From positions 167,939 through 231,938 of the forward strand of contig CAYRQF010000001.1 of assembly GCA_964426385.1 (NCBI GenBank): a DNA stretch of 64,000 bases, read 5' to 3'. Below, piece by piece: positions 49,121 through 58,445 of the stretch; positions within the stretch are counted from its first letter, which is position 1; each line of letters begins with the position of its first letter. The position numbers and the translations under genes are program-made. The notes below the pieces were generated by a model. The model did not search any database. It worked only from the letters and a program-made list of their open reading frames with translations, and was not told where the DNA came from. Source of the stretch: an uncultured Candidatus Saccharibacteria bacterium (lineage in GTDB: Bacteria; Patescibacteriota; Minisyncoccia; Phycocordibacterales; CSBR16-119).

Positions 49121-50908
49121 TTATGCCTGTTGTTTCTTGGCTTTGATTCGCTCAGCGTCGTTTAGGAATTGTTTACGTAGTCTAACTGAGATCGGCGTGA
49201 TCTCGAGGAACTCATCATCTGACATGATCTCTAGTCCTCTTTCGATAGAAAGTGTTAGTGGTGGTACGAGAGTGATCGCTTCGTCGTTTCCAGATGAACG
49301 GACGTTGGTTAGGTTCTTACCCTTGGTCGGGTTCACGAGCATCTCCTCGCCTTTGCTGGTGTTGCCGAGAACCATACCCTCATAGACCTCTGTCGATGGA
49401 CCGATATATAGAACACCGCGGTCCTGGAGATTCCAGAGAGAGTATCCGAGGGCCTTGCCCGTCGCCATCGATACCATCGATCCGACTGCACGCTTCTCTA
49501 TCGCACCGACGTATGGCTTGAAACCGATGACTCGGCTGGCAAAGATGCCTTCCCCTTTGGTGTCTACCATGAACTGTCCGCGATATCCGAGTAGTCCGCG
49601 AGTCGGACCTTCGAGCATGAGTCTTACCCGATCACCTTCTGGTTTGATGTTTGTGACATGTACAGCACGTCGAGAGAGCTTGTCGATGACAGCACCCTGA
49701 GCTTCGGCTGGGATCTCGATCGTGACTTCTTCGAAAGGCTCTGTTTTGTTACCACCCTCTTCTTTGATAATAACCTGTGGCTGTGAGACCTGCATCTCGA
49801 ACCCTTCGCGACGCATGTTCTCGAGTAGGATAGCGACGTGGAGTTCTCCACGGCCGAATACTTTCATCGTATCACCCTCGAAGTCTACACGGAGTCCGAC
49901 GTTGATCTCGAGCTCTTTGAGAAGTCGTTCGCGGATCTGGCGAGATGTTACGAATTTGCCTTCGCGTCCACCGAACGGCGAACTGTTGACGAGGAAGTTT
50001 AGGGCGATAGTTGGTTCATCGACTTTGATCGTTGGGAGCTCCTCGGTATCTTTGGAAACACAGATAGTATCTCCGATGTAGATATCAGGAATACCCGCCA
50101 TCAGGAATATATCGCCTGCCTCTACTTTGTCAGCTTCTTTTCTAGCAGTACCCTCAAATGTAAATAATTTCGTCACACGACCCTGGCCGATAGTGCCGTC
50201 ATGCTTTTTGATGAAAACGTTCGTGTTCGTTGCGAGCTCGCCCTCATATATGCGTCCGACTGCCATACGTCCGAAGAAGTTATCATAAGCCAGGTTAAAA
50301 GGCTGAGCTTTGAGTGGAAGAGTAGTATCATTTTTCGCCACAGGAACAGTCTCGAGTATTACGTCGAGAAGTGGGAAAATATCTTTCTTCTCGTCGTCCA
50401 TGCTTCGCATCGCTACACCCTGCTTGCCGATGGCATACACCGTCGTGAAGTTCAGCTGTTCTTCTGTAGCACCGAGCTCAAAGAATAGCTCAAAGACTTC
50501 GTCATGAGCACGCTTCGCATCAGCGGCTGGTTTATCAATTTTGTTGATCACCACGATAGGTTTGTGGCCAATCTCGAGTGACTTCTTCAAAACGAAACGA
50601 GTCTGAGGCATCGGGCCCTCCTGAGCATCGACGACGAGGAGGACGCAGTCGATAGAGCGAAGCACGCGCTCCACCTCAGAACCGAAGTCGGCGTGGCCTG
50701 GTGTGTCGACGATGTTTATCTTCGTACCCTTGTAATTGACTGAGGCGTTTTTCGCGTAAATAGTAATACCACGCTCCTTTTCGAGGTCGTTCGAGTCCAT
50801 GGATGTGGCGTCGTCTTTGACCATGCCAGTCTGGCGCATAATAGCGTCAGTAAGAGTAGTCTTGCCGTGGTCGACGTGAGCGATAATAGCTATGTTACGA
50901 ATTTCCAT
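49121..50908 (-). CDS. typA: Translational GTPase TypA/BipA
   Basis: [35 protein letters not shown]. Confidence 0.97.
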   Translation of the reverse strand: MEIRNIAIIAHVDHGKTTLTDAIMRQTGMVKDDATSMDSNDLEKERGITIYAKNASVNYKGTKINIVDTPGHADFGSEVERVLRSIDCVLLVVDAQEGPMPQTRFVLKKSLEIGHKPIVVINKIDKPAADAKRAHDEVFELFFELGATEEQLNFTTVYAIGKQGVAMRSMDDEKKDIFPLLDVILETVPVAKNDTTLPLKAQPFNLAYDNFFGRMAVGRIYEGELATNTNVFIKKHDGTIGQGRVTKLFTFEGTARKEADKVEAGDIFLMAGIPDIYIGDTICVSKDTEELPTIKVDEPTIALNFLVNSSPFGGREGKFVTSRQIRERLLKELEINVGLRVDFEGDTMKVFGRGELHVAILLENMRREGFEMQVSQPQVIIKEEGGNKTEPFEEVTIEIPAEAQGAVIDKLSRRAVHVTNIKPEGDRVRLMLEGPTRGLLGYRGQFMVDTKGEGIFASRVIGFKPYVGAIEKRAVGSMVSMATGKALGYSLWNLQDRGVLYIGPSTEVYEGMVLGNTSKGEEMLVNPTKGKNLTNVRSSGNDEAITLVPPLTLSIERGLEIMSDDEFLEITPISVRLRKQFLNDAERIKAKKQQA

Positions 50909-51003
50909 AAATTTTAGAAAAATAAGTTGTTCCCCTTATAAATAAAAGCCCCCGAGGGAGATAGGTCATTACAATACACTATATATATGATTTTGGGAAG
51001 CTC

Positions 51004-51552
51004 TTATTCGTCTCCGAAGTTTTCCTCGAGAAATTCAAAAAGTGTCTTGTATTCGAGCTCGCGTTTGACGAAACTTTCTGGCTCATTGGCTACCCTCTCG
51101 CGAAGTTCACGCCATGGGACGAATTCGACGGTGTCGACTTCTTCTTTCTGAAGTTTCAAATCCCTGATATCGATATCACGCTCGAGTAGATATATGTCAT
51201 CGAAATGATTGTTCGTTCCCTTGCCTGGACCCTTGTCCACCTGCACCTTTAGTTCGTCTATGACTATGAGTTCGGCAGGGTCAGCGGTAACACCTATCTC
51301 CTCACCGAGCTCTTTGACCGCAGCCTCTAGCTTAGACTCGCCGGCACTGACATGCCCCGCGGCAGATACATCAAACATCCCAGGATAATTCTCAACTTTT
51401 GTCGATCTCCTCTGAAGCAATAATTCTCCTTTGGAATTTAAAATCCAGACATGTACACATCGGTGCCATATCCCATTAGCGTGGACCTCTTTGCGGCCCA
51501 TCACTTCGCCTGTCGCATTACCCTTCTCATCTAGTACATCTAATAGTTCCAT
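51004..51552 (-). CDS. NUDIX hydrolase (IDI-like)
   Basis: HRCVH, LLLQRRS, AAGHVSAGE...KELGEEIG. Confidence 0.88.
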   Translation of the reverse strand: MELLDVLDEKGNATGEVMGRKEVHANGIWHRCVHVWILNSKGELLLQRRSTKVENYPGMFDVSAAGHVSAGESKLEAAVKELGEEIGVTADPAELIVIDELKVQVDKGPGKGTNNHFDDIYLLERDIDIRDLKLQKEEVDTVEFVPWRELRERVANEPESFVKRELEYKTLFEFLEENFGDE

Positions 51553-51647
51553 GACCTCATTTTAACACTTTTTTAGACATTTGCTTTTTCGGCCCTGTGA
51601 GCCTAGTATCAAATAGAAACAACGTTCTAAACACAACGCCACCTGAC

Positions 51648-52406
51648 ATGAAGACCTTGCGCGACATAAGAACAAAGGCGGATTTCAAGATCGTCACTGA
51701 TCGGATCATCCAAGCACCCCGATACCGCAAGCCCGAAGCCTTCGGTCTCGGACTAGCTCACCTCGGTAGAGATGGACGCGTACTAGCTGTTCGGTTCCCG
51801 CATGTTAACCTCCGCGAGAATTTCGGCAGCGCTGCTGTGTTCAAAAGAGCATCAACAAGATGCAAGAAGTTGACCCAAGGAAAGGGTGTCATGACATACC
51901 TCTTGGATATCGATGCGCTACACACGATGGAGGAAGCATTCACGCCGTACCGTAAGGAAAGCGAGGCCCATCCCAACATTCGCGCTCTCAGCCAACTCCG
52001 CGCTATGAAGAGCAAAGGCGTTCACGGCAACTGCGAGATCATTGCGGTGTTCAACTACGACCTGCAGAGTCCGGTTTCGTGCACGAGCGACGCCTATCTG
52101 CGCCTACACCTCCTGTCGACGGGCGCACTTATGCCCCAAGACCTGCATCTCAAGGGACTTCGTCATCACCTGACCAAGTGCGCTTGGACTAACGATGGCC
52201 CTGTTGAAGCGGAACACTTCGATCAGGTGAATCACAACTATGTTCTCGAACATGGGGTGAATTTGCGGGTCGAGTCGGTTCATGAGCTACCGAGCCTGCT
52301 CGAGTTCATCGTATCGCCAAACATACGCGTGATCGACAGAAACATACGCCTAGGCGCGCATCCGTCAACAAGCATCATGGTCATGCCAGAAGAGCTCAAC
52401 TGGTGA
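51648..52406 (+). CDS. Truncated, divergent DapD (tetrahydrodipicolinate N-succinyltransferase) homologue lacking most of the beta-helix (cassette gene)
   Basis: YRKPEAFG, ENFGSAA, DAYLRLHLLS, AWTNDGP, IRLGAH; TTGCTT-17-TAGTAT at 51581-51609. Confidence 0.7.
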   Translation: MKTLRDIRTKADFKIVTDRIIQAPRYRKPEAFGLGLAHLGRDGRVLAVRFPHVNLRENFGSAAVFKRASTRCKKLTQGKGVMTYLLDIDALHTMEEAFTPYRKESEAHPNIRALSQLRAMKSKGVHGNCEIIAVFNYDLQSPVSCTSDAYLRLHLLSTGALMPQDLHLKGLRHHLTKCAWTNDGPVEAEHFDQVNHNYVLEHGVNLRVESVHELPSLLEFIVSPNIRVIDRNIRLGAHPSTSIMVMPEELNW

Positions 52407-52425
52407 TGACAGCACCTCTAACGAA

Positions 52426-52452
52426 GAACGCCCCGGATGATCCGGGGCGTTC
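52426..52452. terminator. Bidirectional hairpin terminator
   Basis: gaacgccccgga-tga-tccggggcgttc. Confidence 0.75.
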
Positions 52453-52465
52453 ATGCTTTTACATA

Positions 52466-52873
52466 CTATGACATCGGCTTCAACGGCTGATGAATGCCGA
52501 AAACATTTTTCTCGGTATCGAGATAGTACGCCTGCCAAGCCATACCAGCGAGATCCATTTTTGGTACAGCACATATAGAACCTGCTTCTTCGAGAGTCCG
52601 AATTGTCGCGTCGATATCCTCGACAACGATAGTGCAAACATACCCCGTGACACCCTGACGAGGCTTTACTGGGTCGCATTCGGCTGGACGCTTCAGGAGT
52701 CCGCCGTTGATACCAGGCTCGGTAGAGTCTTTGGGTGCAGTCATGATCATCCAATACTCCGTGTCACCTCCCTTCCACTCGACGAATTCCCAGCCGAAAA
52801 TTTTCTTGTAGAAATCCATCGTACGATTTAGGTCGTCTGCTTGGATCTCAAAATGTGACACTCTGTTAGACAT
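52466..52873 (-). CDS. VOC/glyoxalase family protein
   Basis: VSHFEI, FYKKIFGW, PGINGGLLKR, DTEKNVFG. Confidence 0.92.
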   Translation of the reverse strand: MSNRVSHFEIQADDLNRTMDFYKKIFGWEFVEWKGGDTEYWMIMTAPKDSTEPGINGGLLKRPAECDPVKPRQGVTGYVCTIVVEDIDATIRTLEEAGSICAVPKMDLAGMAWQAYYLDTEKNVFGIHQPLKPMS

Positions 52874-52985
52874 ATATTCTTAGATTATTTTTTAATTTAC
52901 TTAGTGATTATATCACTAACACTCGTTATAATATTTATTTGACCTACCAGATATTCTATGGTATCGTCTCACAAAACACATTCAC

Positions 52986-53291
52986 ATGCTGGGAGAACAT
53001 GGAAGGCACCAAGAAAGGGTCGTCTCTGAAAGAAATTACAAGCTGGTTGTCGGCTTAGCAATAGTGCTAGTGATCGTACTAGCAAGCATGCTGACTGCGC
53101 TCGGCCTGAAGCTTCAGGACGACGCCGCAGAGAATCTGGCACTGGAGAAGCGCTTGGCAACCTGTGAGCAGGAGAAAGCCAATCTGGCTACTGAACTCAA
53201 GTACTGCCGTAACATCAACACGCCGAGCGGTGATGCCGTCCTGGGACCTGATGGACAGCCCGACAAATGGGAGATCCGCGACAGCAACTGA
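52986..53291 (+). CDS. Orphan TM + coiled-coil protein (cassette gene)
   Basis: TTGACC-17-TATCGT at 52939-52967. Confidence 0.65.
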   Translation: MLGEHGRHQERVVSERNYKLVVGLAIVLVIVLASMLTALGLKLQDDAAENLALEKRLATCEQEKANLATELKYCRNINTPSGDAVLGPDGQPDKWEIRDSN

Positions 53292-53312
53292 GCACATCAA
53301 CAACCAACGAAC

Positions 53313-53534
53313 ATGTCCCAGACACAAACCGATCAAGAAGTTGCCCTATGGGCTACTCGCGATGGTGACCTTATCACTTACCGAAATGAAACGTGGGTAT
53401 TCCACGAAAAACCGGCGGGTGATACAGGTCTCGAAGCTGGCGACCCCGTCCCGAAACAACTCTACAAGGACAGGACCCACAAGAACAAAGCCGCCGAAAG
53501 TGCTGATCTCGATGGTGAATGTCCTGGAATGTGA
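53313..53534 (+). CDS. Small orphan protein (second gene of cassette)
   Basis: A/C-rich leader; hairpin 53554-53577. Confidence 0.6.
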   Translation: MSQTQTDQEVALWATRDGDLITYRNETWVFHEKPAGDTGLEAGDPVPKQLYKDRTHKNKAAESADLDGECPGM

Positions 53535-53553
53535 GACCCTGCACAACCCCGAG

Positions 53554-53577
53554 CAAGCCCCGATCCGTCGGGGCTTG
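53554..53577. terminator. Bidirectional hairpin terminator
   Basis: caagccccga-tccg-tcggggcttg. Confidence 0.75.
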
Positions 53578-53579
53578 TC

Positions 53580-54098
53580 TTATTTCAATAGTTCTAAAAT
53601 CTTATTAGCTATATCTTCGGAGTTCATCTCATATGTATCAAGTACCGCAGTATGTTCTGGGACATAACACTCCACACCGAGGAGTTGTTGGTACTGTTCG
53701 ACGCTTTTGATCGAGAGCTTCATGCCAGTCGACTTCGAGTCAGCGAGACGCTTCGTATATCGTTCGATCAATATGTCGTGTGGGGTTTCGAGTCTGACAC
53801 CGACATACTCATGTCCATGAGTTTCAGCTAAAGTTCTGATATGTTTATAGTCCTCCTCGTTAAATATTGGCGCATCGAGAAGTATAGAGAGTGGCAATTT
53901 GCAGACAGTCTCGAGAAGCCCGAAGACGATATCTTTCCTCATGTGTCCGTGCTTCTCACGATCATAGTTCGAAATCTGCCATTTCAGTTTATCTGATGAG
54001 ACAGTGAACATGTCTGGTATTTTCTCAGCCAAGATTTTCGACAAAGTTGTTTTGCCTGAACACGATGGACCTGATATATGTAGTAAGAATTTTTTCAT
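53580..54098 (-). CDS. P-loop kinase (AAA_33-like)
   Basis: SGPSCSGKTT; start MKKFLLH at 54098. Confidence 0.8.
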   Translation of the reverse strand: MKKFLLHISGPSCSGKTTLSKILAEKIPDMFTVSSDKLKWQISNYDREKHGHMRKDIVFGLLETVCKLPLSILLDAPIFNEEDYKHIRTLAETHGHEYVGVRLETPHDILIERYTKRLADSKSTGMKLSIKSVEQYQQLLGVECYVPEHTAVLDTYEMNSEDIANKILELLK

Positions 54099-54099
54099 A

Positions 54100-54447
54100 T
54101 TATTTTTCTGTTTCAAATTCAAACGCCATGATTCCAAACTGGGCAAGACGCTCCGGATATCCTGGGAATAGCAAGTATTTGGCTTTTAGTTCTTCGGCTG
54201 TTGTCACTAGTGGATTAATATCCTCGGGTTTGTAGACCTCGAGCATCTTGTCGATACTTTCGAATTTCTGGACTTTTCTTACCACACGTTCGAACGTATC
54301 CCCACCACACTCGATGATGACTGTATCGCCGACAACGATATTCTCATATTTCGGCCCGCCAGCGCGAGTCTCGATACGCTTCTCTCCGCTCTTGATGAAA
54401 TCAAAAGTCTGTCGGTATTTGGTTTCTAGAGGGAATGTGTATTTCAT
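54100..54447 (-). CDS. ASCH domain protein
   Basis: FDFIKSGEKRIETR, VGD. Confidence 0.88.
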   Translation of the reverse strand: MKYTFPLETKYRQTFDFIKSGEKRIETRAGGPKYENIVVGDTVIIECGGDTFERVVRKVQKFESIDKMLEVYKPEDINPLVTTAEELKAKYLLFPGYPERLAQFGIMAFEFETEK

Positions 54448-54448
54448 A

Positions 54449-54838
54449 TTATTTTTGATTCATCTCTATAAAAGTCTTGGTTCGTTCATTAATATCTCGC
54501 TTCAAGAATTCCTCAGCCGTAATCCATTCGAACTGGTCATGTTCCCAACTGATAGTTACTTCGTCAGTGTCAGACACACAGGTATAACAGATAGTGATGA
54601 TGTAGTCCCCGCCACTCGAACTACCGGCCACAACATGAAGAAGCTTCATATCGCCTACTTCCAAATCAGTTTCTTCTTTGATTTCACGTTTGATTGCCTC
54701 GACGAGGTCTTCGCCCTCTTCCACTAGCCCGCCTGGAAGATCCCACTGAAAAGGCTTTGTCGGATGTGTCTCCGAACGCCTCAGTCCAAGATACTTTCCT
54801 TCTTTATTCAAAACTAGTGCTTTAACAGATACTTTCAT
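54449..54838 (-). CDS. NUDIX hydrolase (MutT-like)
   Basis: WDLPGGLVEEGEDLVEAIKREIKEETDL. Confidence 0.92.
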   Translation of the reverse strand: MKVSVKALVLNKEGKYLGLRRSETHPTKPFQWDLPGGLVEEGEDLVEAIKREIKEETDLEVGDMKLLHVVAGSSSGGDYIITICYTCVSDTDEVTISWEHDQFEWITAEEFLKRDINERTKTFIEMNQK

Positions 54839-54841
54839 AAC

Positions 54842-55609
54842 TTACATTCTTTCAATAAATATATTCTTTACAAACGCACGTTCAGAATTCGAATTCCTTA
54901 AACCAACTGCTCCAAAATCAAAATCGACATTCTGAGTATATGTGATTGTGTTATGTCCACTTGAATTAGTTTCGCTCCTGGTAACTTTTATACTTGGGGG
55001 TATTATGAAAGATCTATCACAAACTGTGTTTTCATTTTTGTCTAAAATTAATATCTTCACATCTCTCTTTTCGCAAGTAACAAGCAATTTATACCAACTG
55101 TCGAGACTTAGTACTTTTTCTAAAGTTACGTCATCGGCAGCTATCCACTCTCCATTTATCCTTAGATGAGGTCTAATGCGATCTATAAATATTTGGTACA
55201 TAACACCATTAGATAAATTATCAGCCCTTACAATAAAACCAATTGAAGTAGATATTATTTTAAAATCAAATTTATATATATAATCATCCCAATTGAGAGT
55301 TTTTGGTAAAATAAACCCAGCATCAGAATTTGTAATTTCAAAGCATTTTCCATTTCTAGAGAATCTTAAATTTCCTCTTCCGACAAAATCTTTATCTTGA
55401 CCAGAGTGGTCAAGGGATAAAAAATAAAAGGTTTTGTCTTTTGTTCTCAAATAAATAATAAAGAATGTGGAAAACAAGAAAATCACGAGAGATACCAGAA
55501 AAGCTTGTTTTTGAGAGAGCTTCACAAATGCGAGAAATATTGTAATTATATTTACAATAAGCGTAATGAATTCGTATTGGTAACTCTTAATAAATACTTT
55601 AAATTTCAT
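54842..55609 (-). CDS. Hypothetical protein, two TMs plus lectin-like beta-sandwich
   Basis: AT-rich; GFIVRA, WYKL, GAVGLR pattern. Confidence 0.7.
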   Translation of the reverse strand: MKFKVFIKSYQYEFITLIVNIITIFLAFVKLSQKQAFLVSLVIFLFSTFFIIYLRTKDKTFYFLSLDHSGQDKDFVGRGNLRFSRNGKCFEITNSDAGFILPKTLNWDDYIYKFDFKIISTSIGFIVRADNLSNGVMYQIFIDRIRPHLRINGEWIAADDVTLEKVLSLDSWYKLLVTCEKRDVKILILDKNENTVCDRSFIIPPSIKVTRSETNSSGHNTITYTQNVDFDFGAVGLRNSNSERAFVKNIFIERM

Positions 55610-55778
55610 TATATTGATTCTTAGTACCGATGGGCCTTAGTGAATTATATAGCATCTGTTAATTCTACCATTCCCAGCTATTCGAAAACAGGTGGGGTCT
55701 TTTTGACCCAAAAAAGATTTGGTGGTACTGTTTAGCCGAATTGCCCCACAATAATGTGGGGCATAAAAACCACAACCC

Positions 55779-56162
55779 ATGGATATTTTGCAACGGTACC
55801 TTTCGGGACAGAAAGTGAGTATTGATCAGATGAGAAGCGCTTCGTTTGACGACATACTCGAACTCAAGATCCAGGTTGATGCTGACATTGCCGGGATAAG
55901 TATACAGCTCGATCGAGCCAAAGAAGACGTAAGGTTGCACGGTACGTATTCGGACCCATCATGGTTTAACAGTGCAACCATGGCCAAGAAAATGAAAGGT
56001 GTCCTCTCACAAACGATCCAAAACGTACTCGGCCAAAGGAGAAGAGTCGAGGACGAAGAGAGGCGAAAGTCCTTTGAAGGTCGAGTCATCCTAGCCATGA
56101 GGGAGCAGCTGGAGCCTGAAGTTGTGTCGGCCATCCTGAAGAGAACCAAAGAGCTGGCGTAG
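55779..56162 (+). CDS. Orphan helical protein (array cassette 1)
   Basis: TTGACC-17-TACTGT at 55703-55731; leader hairpin; terminator 56189-56213. Confidence 0.7.
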   Translation: MDILQRYLSGQKVSIDQMRSASFDDILELKIQVDADIAGISIQLDRAKEDVRLHGTYSDPSWFNSATMAKKMKGVLSQTIQNVLGQRRRVEDEERRKSFEGRVILAMREQLEPEVVSAILKRTKELA

Positions 56163-56188
56163 CAACCGAAGCAAGAGGAATCCCCTCG

Positions 56189-56251
56189 GAACCCCGCCCA
56201 CAAAGCGGGGTTCTTCTTTTGTTTGACAGCAACCGAGTCAAAACATATTAT
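56189..56251 (+). promoter_or_regulatory. Terminator-promoter junction
   Basis: gaaccccgc-ccacaaa-gcggggttc then TTGACA-17-TATTAT. Confidence 0.8.
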
Positions 56252-56269
56252 TGTAAAAAACCACCGATC

Positions 56270-56674
56270 ATGGACGAGATCCTAAGAATCCGCATTACGG
56301 TAGGACATGTGATGTTCACCCTGCTTCTTTTCGGAGTCATTTGGGCAGTGTGCAATCTGAGGAAAGGATCTGGCGACAGGTCGTCAAAATCTCTTCCGAA
56401 AGTGAAGCGCCACCTGCCTAACAACGAACTCCTGGCGTTCTCGGACTTCGTCCTGCGAAACCTTCGAGGACAAAGCTTCCGGGATAAAAGCCGGATGGAT
56501 GTCGAGACACTGATCTGCAAAGCCATCGACAGCACTCGACATCAGTACAGTATCGTGATCATGCTCCCCTTGCCCGACATCGACGAATATTTCGATGAGC
56601 TCGTTGACGATGTTCTCCAGTCACTTGTCCGGGAGCGCTTGATATCCGAGAAACTCGTTGCTTTACCGCAATGA
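56270..56674 (+). CDS. Orphan TM protein (array cassette 2)
   Basis: ATG 56270 downstream of promoter. Confidence 0.7.
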   Translation: MDEILRIRITVGHVMFTLLLFGVIWAVCNLRKGSGDRSSKSLPKVKRHLPNNELLAFSDFVLRNLRGQSFRDKSRMDVETLICKAIDSTRHQYSIVIMLPLPDIDEYFDELVDDVLQSLVRERLISEKLVALPQ

Positions 56675-56685
56675 AGATGCTCTTA

Positions 56686-56754
56686 CGCAGAAGCCCCCGC
56701 CATCCGGCGGGGGCTTCTTCTTTGTTTGACAAAAACGTTTTTTAATAGTATCAT
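56686..56754 (+). promoter_or_regulatory. Terminator-promoter junction
   Basis: agaagcccccgcc-atcc-ggcgggggcttct then TTGACA-17-TATCAT. Confidence 0.8.
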
Positions 56755-56773
56755 CACGTTATATCTAACAACC

Positions 56774-57006
56774 ATGCCAACAACGCAAGTGAAACGACCA
56801 GAAGCAAGGAAGCTTCCGGTGCACGACGCTGGAAGAACGGCAAACGCTTTACCCTGCTCGTCGACGGGAAATGCCCCGCATGCGACATAACCCCGGACAC
56901 TCAGAGCACCGCATTCGCGCTCTTCTGTAAAGAGCATGACCTCCCGCTGAAGAATGATCGCTCGTGCCCGAAATGTAGCGTCGTCCACGACAAGCCCAAA
57001 CCGTGA
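56774..57006 (+). pseudogene. Frameshifted small Zn-finger protein (array cassette 3)
   Basis: ATG frame stops after 38 aa; alternative frame encodes RWKNGKRFTLLVDGKCPAC...FCKEH...SCPKC to TGA 57006. Confidence 0.55.
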
Positions 57007-57027
57007 CGGTCAATATACGCGCTTCCG

Positions 57028-57095
57028 AGTTCCCCGCCCACAAGGCGGGGAACTTTTTTTGGCTAATTGACGCGACGTCTCACTTCATCTATCAT
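57028..57095 (+). promoter_or_regulatory. Terminator-promoter junction
   Basis: agttccccgcc-cacaa-ggcggggaact-T tract then TTGACG-17-TATCAT. Confidence 0.8.
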
Positions 57096-57114
57096 CCGAA
57101 CAAACCTCCCCGCC

Positions 57115-57642
57115 ATGAAAACCTGCCACCCGCTCCTTATCACCGCGCTCTGCGTCCTGGTTCACACCACCTCAGCCCAAGTTGAGGTCAAAGTCGAAGT
57201 TACATTACCTGACGAGAACCTCGACACTCTCCGCTCTACTGCTGACTACTTCACCTACTGTGTGAACTATCATCTACAACGGAACTACCCTTCCGATGTC
57301 GAGACACTATCTGTCGACCTATACTGTGACAGTGGTCAGGTAAAGCTCCGGTACTACGCACGACTGCTACCATGCGATCAACCTGATGCTGAGTTCAACT
57401 TCAACCACACTGGAAGCTTCGCCCTGAAGAAGAAAGCAAAAAGAGCCCAGAGCTTCGCCGAGAGCGGGATGGAGAAGCGAATCATAGAGACCAGGAAACG
57501 GCTAGACTACACGTATGGCAAGTCAGCCAACAAGGTGTCTAAGACCCGCATGATCGTAAAGTACAGTTCTACCGATATCTGCACCGACTACAGATATAGC
57601 GTAGCGGTGACGGAAGCTTTCTTTGCGACCAAGCGATGGTGA
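57115..57642 (+). CDS. Secreted orphan protein (array cassette 4)
   Basis: Signal peptide MKTCHPLLITALCVLVHTTSA-Q; ATG 57115. Confidence 0.7.
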   Translation: MKTCHPLLITALCVLVHTTSAQVEVKVEVTLPDENLDTLRSTADYFTYCVNYHLQRNYPSDVETLSVDLYCDSGQVKLRYYARLLPCDQPDAEFNFNHTGSFALKKKAKRAQSFAESGMEKRIIETRKRLDYTYGKSANKVSKTRMIVKYSSTDICTDYRYSVAVTEAFFATKRW

Positions 57643-57659
57643 TGCATAGTTCACACGGA

Positions 57660-57698
57660 CGCAGAAGCCCCCGCCGATCAGGCGGGGGCTTCTTCTTT
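57660..57698. terminator. Hairpin terminator, near-copy of 56686-56723
   Basis: cgcagaagcccccgcc-gatca-ggcgggggcttcttcttt. Confidence 0.8.
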
Positions 57699-58441
57699 TA
57701 TACAGGAGTTATGAGAAAGGATTTTGATTTGCGATTATATGAACTGATTTCCTCTACCTTTAACTGCGGATTGGCTTCCACGAACTCGTTGAAAGACTCG
57801 TATTCGCCCACCCCCTTGATATCGAGATCGTTCAGCTTCCAATCATCGAGACAGATAATCATCGTGGACTTGATGAGCGGGGCGATGAAGTCGAGCACAG
57901 ACTTCGATGAACTGTATGTATCGCAGTCGATGAAAACTATACCGATGTTTTCGAAGTTATATTGCGCGACCGTTTGCGCGTTCAATGTGTCCTTGTACCA
58001 GCCTCGGACCCAATTGATCTCCCTAGGATCAACGTTTCTCCTCCCGAGACACCTATTCATATCTTCGAACGAACATGTATAGAATCCCTGCTTCCACACT
58101 CCTTCGTCCTCATTCTCTGAGCCAGCAGGCAAACCCTCAAACGCGTCGAATCCAAATATACGAGTGACAACACGACTCTCCTTACAGGCGTGATAGAAGC
58201 TCGCGACCGAGGCACCGTTGAAAACTCCGAACTCGAGATAGTCACCGATCTTTTCACCCTTGAGTTTCTGCAGCTTCCTAATCGCCCTCTCGAAGAAGCT
58301 CTGCAGTCTTTTAGACGGGACGAGATTTACCAGACAGATATCTTTGACCTGACCCATAGTATACGGAGATGTCGGTACAGGAAGAATCCGGCGCCAGATG
58401 CTAAGGATTCTTGTTTTAAACTTGCTGTAACGGAAAGACAT
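57698..58441 (-). CDS. TylF/MycF-family O-methyltransferase
   Basis: GDYLEFGVFNGAS, FGFDAFEGLP, GWYKDTL, IDCDTYSS, LDDW. Confidence 0.88.
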   Translation of the reverse strand: MSFRYSKFKTRILSIWRRILPVPTSPYTMGQVKDICLVNLVPSKRLQSFFERAIRKLQKLKGEKIGDYLEFGVFNGASVASFYHACKESRVVTRIFGFDAFEGLPAGSENEDEGVWKQGFYTCSFEDMNRCLGRRNVDPREINWVRGWYKDTLNAQTVAQYNFENIGIVFIDCDTYSSSKSVLDFIAPLIKSTMIICLDDWKLNDLDIKGVGEYESFNEFVEANPQLKVEEISSYNRKSKSFLITPV

Positions 58442-58445
58442 GCGA

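Noticed and set aside
55703-57698. Classical integron or CRISPR array
   Set aside because: No integrase or cas genes, no attC RYYYAAC/GTTRRRY ends recognised, and the spacers are whole genes with their own promoters
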